Shown: positions 48,888 through 57,304 of the stretch, piece after piece | Numbering within the stretch: position 1 is the first letter of the stretch | Layout of the letters: the number at the start of each line of letters is the position of its first letter | Assembly: GCA_045587545.1 (NCBI GenBank) | Contig: JAZNCN010000001.1 | Span: 16,440-80,439, forward strand | Direction: 5' to 3' | From: Candidatus Caccoplasma sp. | GTDB taxonomy: Bacteria > Bacteroidota > Bacteroidia > Bacteroidales > G3-4614 | DNA length: 64,000 nt | Made by a program: the position numbers and the translations under genes | Notes under the pieces: model-generated | Told to the model about the DNA's origin: nothing | Database searches by the model: none | Seen by the model: only the letters and a program-made list of their open reading frames with translations

Positions 48888-50201
48888 CTACTTAGCTCTC
48901 AATATGTTTATATGACCTTTTAATTCATACTCTTGTCCGTCAGAACCTTTAGCTTGAATTACATAAAAATAGACTCCGGGAGGTACGAGTTTTCCTTTAT
49001 AATTTCCGTCCCAACCTGCTGAGGGATCATCAAAGCTAAACATTTTTATTCCCCAACGGTCAAAAATAGAACATTTAAATTCTACTATTGATTTATATGC
49101 AACTCGCCACTCATCGTTTACACCAGGCGATGTGCCGGGAGAAAAAGCGTTAGGGACATCAATAAAAGACTCACTAACTGATATTGTATATGTTATATTT
49201 TTGCTACATGTAGCATTTTCGGCATGCAAACGAACATATACTGTTCCGGCTTCTTTAAAAGTATAATTCAAAGTTTGATCTAAATATGTTGCATAAACAA
49301 CAGGGTTTTCATCGTCAGGACCTTTGTCGCTCTTAAAGAATTGCCAACAGAAATAGTTATCCTCATTAACATATGCCTCAAAAACCATGTTTACTGGGGC
49401 TGAGCCTCCATATGAGCCATCTTCAGTATCGACCTCAATCTCATTTTCTGCCTCTCTCTCTAATTGAGTAACTACCCCCTTTAAAAATATTGCTTGCGGA
49501 ACAAACTCCTCTGTTGTGGTTATCTCCTTTACTGTTTCGCCCCAACAGGTTGGTATATCATCGACAAGAGTGATATATGTTTTCTCATATGGAGAGTCAA
49601 TAACCAATTTATCATCTATTGATGGTTTTATATTTTCTTGCGACACCTCTACTGAGGTTTCAAGTGTTTCATCTTCATCATTCCATACCCAAGTATTATA
49701 TTTTACATTACGAGGGAATGCTTCCATTGCTCCATATATGTTATAATATGGTATTGTTATTCCATCTCCTATCAGTCTGGCAGAGTTACACATATTTGTG
49801 TAGGAATAATCTATTTCAAGATTTGTTGTCTGAACGTATCCTGAAACCCAAAAATTATAGCTTACCCCGTCTTGTTCAATTACATAGCCACAATCTTTTT
49901 TGCCTCCTGAAAAAGTTAAAATTCCTCCTTGTTGTACTGCTGTTGTTATTAACTCCTTTTGAAATACACCTGAAGTTGAAAAACTATATAAATTCATAGG
50001 TTCGGTACTATTTGAAACAAACCTGAAAGAGACAGGGATATCACGCTGAACAACATAACAGCCTAAATTTAATCCAGAAGAAAAATTTGGAACATATCTA
50101 TATGATTTTCCTCCGTTTACCAACAACTCCGGCATCTCTGACTGCGAAAAAGAGTTTACAGCAAACAATAATATTATAAGTGATAATATAAATTTCTTCA
50201 T
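48888..50201 (-). CDS. Secreted protein with a T9SS type B (gliding-motility C-terminal, CHU_C) sorting domain
   Basis: The ORF track extends to 50225. I prefer the Met at 50201 (MKKFILSLIILLFAVNSFSQ). The C-terminus NAFSPGTSPGVNDEWRV...FDRWGIKMF...GWDGNYKGKLVPPGVYFYVIQAKG matches this domain type. Confidence 0.7.
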   Translation of the reverse strand: MKKFILSLIILLFAVNSFSQSEMPELLVNGGKSYRYVPNFSSGLNLGCYVVQRDIPVSFRFVSNSTEPMNLYSFSTSGVFQKELITTAVQQGGILTFSGGKKDCGYVIEQDGVSYNFWVSGYVQTTNLEIDYSYTNMCNSARLIGDGITIPYYNIYGAMEAFPRNVKYNTWVWNDEDETLETSVEVSQENIKPSIDDKLVIDSPYEKTYITLVDDIPTCWGETVKEITTTEEFVPQAIFLKGVVTQLEREAENEIEVDTEDGSYGGSAPVNMVFEAYVNEDNYFCWQFFKSDKGPDDENPVVYATYLDQTLNYTFKEAGTVYVRLHAENATCSKNITYTISVSESFIDVPNAFSPGTSPGVNDEWRVAYKSIVEFKCSIFDRWGIKMFSFDDPSAGWDGNYKGKLVPPGVYFYVIQAKGSDGQEYELKGHINILRAK

Positions 50202-50222
50202 TTTACATAAAATATTAATTTT

Positions 50223-50230
50223 CAAAGATA
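50223..50230 (-). promoter_or_regulatory. Candidate -7 box TATCTTTG for the T9SS type B cargo gene
   Basis: TAnnTTTG on the minus strand 22 bp upstream of the preferred ATG at 50201. This supports the shorter start. Confidence 0.35.
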
Positions 50231-50395
50231 CAATTTTTATAGCAATATTCTTTATTTTTATTTCTCTTTAAAGTTAAATTTATTATAAGAGTTTATCTTT
50301 ATATTAAACGTATTAACGAATAAATTATTACGAGTTGCAACAATAAGGTTTTTTTCATAACTTCGCAGATTGTAAATTGTGAAAATTATTTTCAT

Positions 50396-52285
50396 ATGAA
50401 ATTATCAAAAAAATTATTTGCTTTAATCATAGCAATCATACTCATAAGTATTGAAAATATATCTGTAATTACAGCTCAAGATTATAAAAAAACTGTAATT
50501 AACGGAACTGAATGTTATATATACTATGTGGTTCAAGGTGAAGGATTTTATAGCATCGGAAAAAAATTTGGAGTAACACGCGATGAAGTTGTAAAATTTA
50601 ACCCTTCTGCCAATAAAGGTTTAAACAGAGGTCAAAAATTATTTATTCCTATTAAAGGACAAAATACTTTAAGTGCCAACAAGAGGGAGAGCATCAAAAC
50701 AAATCAGCCTTTAATTCATATTGTAAAACACGGAGAAAGCCTCTTCTCTATCTCAAAATTATATAACACTACTATAAACAACATCAAAGAGTTAAATTCG
50801 TTAAATTCTAATTCAATAGGAGTTGGGCAAACTCTAATTGTTGGTTCTAAAGAGGATACAAAAGAAGAGACAGCAAACAACATTTCTGTTGCTGACAATA
50901 ATATAACCGAACCTAAAGAGGATAATGTTATTGACAATAATAAAGTTATAATAGATGGCGTAACATATAACACCGAGAAATATATTGTAAAAAGAAAAGA
51001 GACCCTATATAGTATTTCTCAAAAATTCAATACAACCGTTGATGCGATTCTTGCATGTAACCCCGGTATAAAGAGCCTATCAAAAGACGATATATTAAGA
51101 ATTCCCATGACTAAGGAAGTTTTAGATATTGTTGATGAGTACAGCGCAGAAAATAAGCAGGTTATACTAAACGACAATAATAGTTCGGTAGATCTTACAA
51201 CAAACGCAAAAAGTAACATTAACATCGCAGTAATATTACCTTTTAAAATTAAAAGCCCAAATAATCAGTCAATAATATACTCTGATTATTACAAAGGTAT
51301 ATTGCTATCATTGGATAGTCTTAAAAACGAAGGATTAAACGCAAATGTATATACTTTTGATACAAATGGCGAGGTTGAGACTCTTAATAATATTTTAAAA
51401 CGCCCTGAGATGAAAAATATAGATATAATCTTTGGTTCGGACAAAAACGAAGAGATATCTATATTGGGTAATTTTGCAAAACAAAACAAAACTTATTTAG
51501 TAAACTCTTTCTCGGTAAAAAACAGAGAATTTGAGAATAATAAATATATAATTCAAGGACACATACCAAGTTCTTTTTTCTTTTCGGCAACAAGTAATAA
51601 CCTTATAAAATTGACAATTGACAAAGAGGTTGTATTTTTAATTGATAATAACGAGCCTAATGACAAACAAGAGTTTGTTGATGCTGTAGCAACCGGTATT
51701 AAATTAAGTGGTAGAGAGTATAAAAAGTTCTCATTTAATGAAGTTGCCGATTTTGAAATTCTATTGGAAGCACTTACTGAAGACAAAGACATTATCTTCA
51801 TTGCATCATCATCAAGCCGTAGTGGTGTTGCAAAATCGGCTGCCATTGCTTCGCGCATTAAAGAGAGCAAACCAAATATTGCCGTATCTCTCTTCGGCTA
51901 TCCCGAATGGCAAACATACATCAAAGATTATTTAGATACATTTCATTCATTAAACACAACTATTTTTACAAGATTTTATACCGAACCCGTAAAATCAAAT
52001 TGGAAAGATTTCAATAGAGATTTCAATTACTGGTTTGGCGACGAAAAGAGTTCAATGATTCCTGCCCCTCATATTTTAGGCTTTGACACAGGAATATATT
52101 TAATTGGAGGCATGCTTCGTCATGGCACAAATTTTGAGCAATATTTAGAGACCATATCTTCTCAAAGTTTACAAACAGATTTTTCATTTGAAAGATTTTC
52201 AGATGAGAGTGGATTCGTAAACAAAAACCTGTATTTTGTAACATTTACACCTGAATATAAAGTAGTTAAAGAGAAAATTAAGTAA
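50396..52285 (+). CDS. LysM (x3) peptidoglycan-binding protein with a C-terminal periplasmic-binding-protein-like domain
   Basis: Three LysM repeats: YIYYVVQGEGFYSIGKKFGV, IHIVKHGESLFSISKLYNTT and KYIVKRKETLYSISQKFNTT. They are followed by about 370 aa of PBP type-1-like sequence. Confidence 0.75.
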   Translation: MKLSKKLFALIIAIILISIENISVITAQDYKKTVINGTECYIYYVVQGEGFYSIGKKFGVTRDEVVKFNPSANKGLNRGQKLFIPIKGQNTLSANKRESIKTNQPLIHIVKHGESLFSISKLYNTTINNIKELNSLNSNSIGVGQTLIVGSKEDTKEETANNISVADNNITEPKEDNVIDNNKVIIDGVTYNTEKYIVKRKETLYSISQKFNTTVDAILACNPGIKSLSKDDILRIPMTKEVLDIVDEYSAENKQVILNDNNSSVDLTTNAKSNINIAVILPFKIKSPNNQSIIYSDYYKGILLSLDSLKNEGLNANVYTFDTNGEVETLNNILKRPEMKNIDIIFGSDKNEEISILGNFAKQNKTYLVNSFSVKNREFENNKYIIQGHIPSSFFFSATSNNLIKLTIDKEVVFLIDNNEPNDKQEFVDAVATGIKLSGREYKKFSFNEVADFEILLEALTEDKDIIFIASSSSRSGVAKSAAIASRIKESKPNIAVSLFGYPEWQTYIKDYLDTFHSLNTTIFTRFYTEPVKSNWKDFNRDFNYWFGDEKSSMIPAPHILGFDTGIYLIGGMLRHGTNFEQYLETISSQSLQTDFSFERFSDESGFVNKNLYFVTFTPEYKVVKEKIK

Positions 52286-52977
52286 TGAAACGCATTTTAA
52301 CCATTATAATTACACTTTTTATATGCCATAGCTATACTCATAGCCAAAAGAAAATAGATAAAGAACTTTGGTTTGGAGCTAAAGGTGGTGTAACTTTCTC
52401 AAACCTATCTATAGCACCAAATATAAACCAATCTATGGAGATGGGCATGTTGGGTGGTGCAACCATGCGTTATATTGAAGAGCGTTTTTTTGGAATCATT
52501 CTTGAACTAAATTATGCACAAAAGGGCTGGAAAGAGGATTTTAAAGATAGCGATCCTCAATATAAATATTCAAGAACATTAAATTATATTGAATTTCCTT
52601 TTTTAGCACACGTATATTTTGGCAAAAAAAGTTTCAGATTTTTTGTAAACCTTGGTCCTCAAATAGGAGTATGTATAGGAGAGAAAACTGAATCTAATTT
52701 TGATATTGAGAAACCGCAACTATTCAGTATTCCTCGAGAAACAACTCATTTAAACAAGAGTATTGACAAACCTTTTGATTATGGCTTAACAGGTGGATTA
52801 GGGTGCGAGATAAGGATTAAAAACAGACACTCAATATTGGTTGAAGGACGATACTATTTTGGATTGGCAGATATATTCAACAATAAAAGTGATGATTATT
52901 TCTCAGTATCATCAAACCAATCGATACTTGTTGCCCTAACGTACCAATACAATATAAAAAATAAGAAAAAGAAATAA
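52285..52977 (+). CDS. Outer-membrane beta-barrel (porin-family/PorT-like) protein
   Basis: 230 aa with a signal peptide, alternating beta-strand pattern and a terminal aromatic-rich strand. Start overlaps the stop of the LysM gene. Confidence 0.6.
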   Translation: MKRILTIIITLFICHSYTHSQKKIDKELWFGAKGGVTFSNLSIAPNINQSMEMGMLGGATMRYIEERFFGIILELNYAQKGWKEDFKDSDPQYKYSRTLNYIEFPFLAHVYFGKKSFRFFVNLGPQIGVCIGEKTESNFDIEKPQLFSIPRETTHLNKSIDKPFDYGLTGGLGCEIRIKNRHSILVEGRYYFGLADIFNNKSDDYFSVSSNQSILVALTYQYNIKNKKKK

Positions 52978-52982
52978 AATTT

Positions 52983-53606
52983 TTATTTGTACGATATAAA
53001 AACAAGATAATCGCCACAAGCCTTTATCTCAAACGTATCTCCCTCGCAACAATTAAGTGTTCCCTGCCATAAAGATGTAAAATCATAAATAGGATATTTC
53101 AACCCTATTGATTCAAAGTGTGTAGCATTAAAATTGAAAATTGATACACGTTCTCCTTTATAAGACAAAAAGGAGTTATCACCATTACAAGGGATAAATA
53201 CGCCATAATCAGTGAAACATTTAACTTCAACACCCATACGCATATAATCAATCAGCAATGCTATATTGCCCAACGTATGGTCTTCGCGTTTACCTGTTGC
53301 CCCAACAATTGCAATACTCTTGCAACCTCGCTTAATAAGATAATTTACAGCTTTGGTTTGATCGTTGGTCTCTTGGTCTGAATCAACACATATTATATCT
53401 GCAAATTTTACTCTGTTTTCAGTACTTAAAGAGTCACCATCTCCAATTATAATATTTGGAATAAAGCCCTTTGCAATATAGGTATCGGCACCGCCATCGC
53501 AACATACAACATACTCCGCATTACGTAATATTGATATCGGATATTGGTGCGACGGAAACTCTCCGTTGGCCAATATTACTGCATCAAATTTATCGGGTTT
53601 TATCAT
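52983..53606 (-). CDS. Thiamine diphosphokinase
   Basis: ILANGEFPSH, VVCCDGGA, IIGDGDS and VGATGKREDHTLGN motifs of the TPK family. Confidence 0.8.
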   Translation of the reverse strand: MIKPDKFDAVILANGEFPSHQYPISILRNAEYVVCCDGGADTYIAKGFIPNIIIGDGDSLSTENRVKFADIICVDSDQETNDQTKAVNYLIKRGCKSIAIVGATGKREDHTLGNIALLIDYMRMGVEVKCFTDYGVFIPCNGDNSFLSYKGERVSIFNFNATHFESIGLKYPIYDFTSLWQGTLNCCEGDTFEIKACGDYLVFISYK

Positions 53607-53607
53607 A

Positions 53608-54201
53608 TCAATCGTCTATACAAAACATCATCTTGCGCCATTTATAATAGCCAAATATTGCTATAATGGCATATAAGAGATATAGTCCGGCGGTAAAATA
53701 CAACTCCTTATAGATATATAATCCTGAACTTACAACATCAACAACTATCCACACTAACCACTGCTCAACATATTTACGAGCAAGCATCCACATTGCTACA
53801 ATGCTTAATGCCGTAGTAAAAGAGTCAATCCATGGTACTGTACTATTGGTATATTCTACTAAAAGCCAACTAATAAATAACTGTAAAATAAAATATACAA
53901 TTACAACACCTAACCAATTTATTTTTGGCATATAAGTTATTGGCAACTCCTTTATTACAGGATCTTTTTTACCTATAATTTTAAAGCCATATTTCCACGA
54001 TAGCCAACCATACAGAGCAATAATAAGATAGTAGATGTTAATCCCAAAATCGGCATATAAACCTGCGTCATAAAATATGAATAAATATATTGCAGGCATT
54101 ATTATACTTACAATCCATAAATATATACTTGCCCTATATTCAAGCCAAAGGTATATAAGACCCGTAACAACACCGACTATTTCCAAGAATTGCTCAAACA
54201 T
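53608..54201 (-). CDS. pnuC: PnuC-family vitamin transporter (probably thiamine-type PnuT, given the TPK neighbour)
   Basis: 7-TM protein with PnuC-like W-rich helices. The ORF track start is 54225. The internal Met at 54201 (MFEQFLEIVG) is more typical. Confidence 0.75.
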   Translation of the reverse strand: MFEQFLEIVGVVTGLIYLWLEYRASIYLWIVSIIMPAIYLFIFYDAGLYADFGINIYYLIIALYGWLSWKYGFKIIGKKDPVIKELPITYMPKINWLGVVIVYFILQLFISWLLVEYTNSTVPWIDSFTTALSIVAMWMLARKYVEQWLVWIVVDVVSSGLYIYKELYFTAGLYLLYAIIAIFGYYKWRKMMFCIDD

Positions 54202-54221
54202 TCTAATATAAAAATATATTA

Positions 54222-55598
54222 TCAACTTTTAATATTTGGTTCTTCCAAACCATAGCCATTTTTCTTATCAATTCTTTTCAATAAAACGGCAAATAACATA
54301 GCTACTACACCAAGAACCGCAAACACCACCATTGGTAATGTATAGTTGTATCTTACACTCTCTTCGGTAACCGATGTTATACAATATTTATCAAGTATCC
54401 AACCTATTAATAGAGGAAATCCCATCAATCCCCAATTTTGCACCCAAAATATAAGTGCATATGCAGTTCCTAATTGTTTTTCTTCAATAATTTTAGGAAC
54501 AGAGGGCCACATCGCCGATGGTACCAAAGAGAATGCAGCTCCCAAAATAAACATAAGTATTGTAGCAAACCACCAATAGTTAAGAACGGGCAATGCAAAG
54601 AAGAGATGAACAAGTACAAGTAACAAAGAGCCAAATATCATAATTGAAGCTCCGTATCCTTTACGATCGTACATCATTCCAAAGAATGGCGTAAGTACCA
54701 TTGTTCCAAATGGTAATATAGAAGGTATAATACCGGCAAGAGATGGTTCTACATTATATTTGTTAATCATCAAATCAGTAGCATACTTCAAGAATGGAAA
54801 AACAGCAGAGTAGAAGAATACACAAATAATGGCAATAAGCCAAAAACCTCTGTTTTTTACAACCTTTGAAACATCTGAAACCTTAAACTGCTCTTCATCA
54901 TCTGCATTATTTTCTGCCCCTGCTTGAGCATCAAGTTTTTTATCATAAAAGGTATAACCGACAAAGCCTATAAAACCTATACATAAGAACAAAAGACACA
55001 TTAATATTGGCATTGATTGGTTATAATCAACCAATCTGCCATTCTCCATAACTCCAAAATACTCAGCAATGGGCATAGCAAACATAAGTGCCATTATAGT
55101 ACCTATACGAGCAATAGCCACCTGCAAGCCCAAAGCCAAAGCAATCTCTTTTCCTTTAAACCACTTTACAATAATTTTTGTAACAGTAATATTCATTATT
55201 TCGCAACCAACACCAAAAATCGCAAAGCCTAATGATGCCAATACTACCTGCATCTTTATTCCCAAAATTGCACCCTCCGTTGGTAATATTCCCTCTATTG
55301 CCAAATATTTAATTGCGGTACCAATAATCATTAATAGTGCTGATGTCAATCCTGTAAAACGAATACCGAATTTATCAAGTATCAAACCTCCGAAAATTAT
55401 CATCAACAAGAATACATTCAAATAGCCATACGCACCTGAAAATATTCCATAATCTGAACTATTCCACCCCAATTCACTCTCTAAAACACCCTTTAACGGA
55501 GCCATAACATCGGTAAGAATATAACCACACATCATTGTAAAAGATACAAGTATCATTACAGTCCATCTTACAGATGCTGAATCGCTTATTTTATGCAT
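54222..55598 (-). CDS. MFS transporter
   Basis: 458 aa with 12 predicted TM helices and a central loop. Confidence 0.8.
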   Translation of the reverse strand: MHKISDSASVRWTVMILVSFTMMCGYILTDVMAPLKGVLESELGWNSSDYGIFSGAYGYLNVFLLMIIFGGLILDKFGIRFTGLTSALLMIIGTAIKYLAIEGILPTEGAILGIKMQVVLASLGFAIFGVGCEIMNITVTKIIVKWFKGKEIALALGLQVAIARIGTIMALMFAMPIAEYFGVMENGRLVDYNQSMPILMCLLFLCIGFIGFVGYTFYDKKLDAQAGAENNADDEEQFKVSDVSKVVKNRGFWLIAIICVFFYSAVFPFLKYATDLMINKYNVEPSLAGIIPSILPFGTMVLTPFFGMMYDRKGYGASIMIFGSLLLVLVHLFFALPVLNYWWFATILMFILGAAFSLVPSAMWPSVPKIIEEKQLGTAYALIFWVQNWGLMGFPLLIGWILDKYCITSVTEESVRYNYTLPMVVFAVLGVVAMLFAVLLKRIDKKNGYGLEEPNIKS

Positions 55599-55626
55599 AT
55601 TAAATCAATTTTATTAAAGTTATTAT

Positions 55627-57036
55627 TTATCTTTTTTCAAACAACATTACATTCTCTACATGATGAGTATGAGGAAACATATCTACAGGTTGAACATTAA
55701 CTATTTTATATGCCTCGTTTAACATTGCTGCATCTCTTGCCTGTGTAGCAGGGTTGCAACTAACATATACAATTTTTTCAGGTGCTGCGGTAAGAATAAC
55801 GTTTATGACATCTTCATGCATTCCTGCACGTGGTGGGTCTGTAATTATTACATCTGGGCGACCATTCTTTTCAACAAAATCATTTGTTAGAATATCTTTC
55901 ATATCCCCTGCAATAAAATATGTATTGGATATTGAATTTATCTCAGAATTTACCTTTGCATCTTCAATAGCCTCAGGAACATACTCAATTCCTATAACCT
56001 TTGAGGCTCTCTTCGCCACAAAGTTTGCAATGGTTCCTGTACCTGTATAAAGGTCATATACAAATTCATTACCCGTAAGCCCTGCAAAATCTCTCACTAC
56101 ACTATAAAGGCGATAAGCCTGTTCTGAATTTGTTTGATAAAATGATTTTGGACCAACCTTAAATCTCAAATCTTCCATCTGCTCTATAATATGATCTTTC
56201 CCTCTCCATACTTTTATAGAAAGATCGTTTATCGTATCGTTACACTTTTGGTTTATCACATACAACAACGAAGTAATCTGTGGAAACTCTGCTGATATAT
56301 GTTGCATCATTGACGATATCTTATCTTTATCGTCTGTAGCAAAAATAACAATAAGCATTATCTCTCCTGTTGATGCAGTTCTTATAATAATACCGCGCAT
56401 ATCTCCAACTTGCGCTCTCAAATCGTAGAATGAATATCCGTTATCAATAGCAAATTTTCTTATTGATAGGCGTATGGAATTTGAAATGTCATTTTGAAGA
56501 TGACACTCTTTTATATCAAGCACCTTATCAAACATTCCGGGAATATGAAATCCGAGAGCATCGCGCGAAGCAAACTCTTGCTGCGAATCAAGCTCCTCTT
56601 TGGTAAGCCATGAACGGTTTGAGAATGTAAACTCCAATTTATTTCTATAATAGTACTGTTTCTCAGAACCCATTATTGTAGAAACTTCAGGAAGTTCAAC
56701 CTTTCCAATACGCACAAGATTATCAACAACTTGTTGTTGTTTATACTCAATTTGTTTGGCATAATCAAGGTGTTGCCACTTACAACCACCACAAACGCCA
56801 AAATGACGACATTTAGGTTCAACCCTAAAGGACGAATAATTCTTTATATTTTTTATAGAGCCTTCGGCATAACTATTTTTCTTACGGGTAAGCTGAATAT
56901 CTGCAACATCGCCGGGAGCCGCAAACGGAATAAACACCACTAAATCATTAACCCTTGCCACTGCTTTACCTTCTGCAGCAACACCCTTTATCTCAACATC
57001 TTCAATAAGGGGTAATTCTCTCTTTTTACGTGCCAA
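55627..57036 (-). CDS. rlmD: 23S rRNA (uracil-5-)-methyltransferase RlmD/RumA family
   Basis: N-terminal TRAM domain, Fe-S cysteines CRHFGVCGGCKWQH, SAM motif DLYTGTGT, and catalytic VSCNPAT. Confidence 0.9.
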   Translation of the reverse strand: MARKKRELPLIEDVEIKGVAAEGKAVARVNDLVVFIPFAAPGDVADIQLTRKKNSYAEGSIKNIKNYSSFRVEPKCRHFGVCGGCKWQHLDYAKQIEYKQQQVVDNLVRIGKVELPEVSTIMGSEKQYYYRNKLEFTFSNRSWLTKEELDSQQEFASRDALGFHIPGMFDKVLDIKECHLQNDISNSIRLSIRKFAIDNGYSFYDLRAQVGDMRGIIIRTASTGEIMLIVIFATDDKDKISSMMQHISAEFPQITSLLYVINQKCNDTINDLSIKVWRGKDHIIEQMEDLRFKVGPKSFYQTNSEQAYRLYSVVRDFAGLTGNEFVYDLYTGTGTIANFVAKRASKVIGIEYVPEAIEDAKVNSEINSISNTYFIAGDMKDILTNDFVEKNGRPDVIITDPPRAGMHEDVINVILTAAPEKIVYVSCNPATQARDAAMLNEAYKIVNVQPVDMFPHTHHVENVMLFEKR

Positions 57037-57226
57037 TTTTTTCTTTATTTATCCTAATTATTATTCAATTTATCAAACTTGTTTCATCTACTCAACAAAG
57101 CAGATTATTTCAAAAAAAATTCTTTCAAAGTTACACATAATTGACGGAATTAGACCTATAAAATATTTTTTTTAATTTTTTTATCAATTCGCCCCTCCCC
57201 CTCTTGCAAAATCAGAGTTATATTAT

Positions 57227-57234
57227 TACTTTTG
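57227..57234 (+). promoter_or_regulatory. Candidate -7 box TACTTTTG for ppdK
   Basis: TAnnTTTG lies 70 bp upstream of the ppdK ATG. Confidence 0.3.
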
Positions 57235-57304
57235 TAATTGGTTCAGACAAAAAGAACAAAAAAAACAATTTATTAATCATTATATTAACTAACACATTTA
57301 AAGA

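Noticed and set aside
55599-55626. Expected TPP riboswitch upstream of the thiamine-salvage operon
   Set aside because: Only 28 bp of spacer exists and no THI-box-like sequence is seen. It is reported as an absence in the findings, not as a feature.
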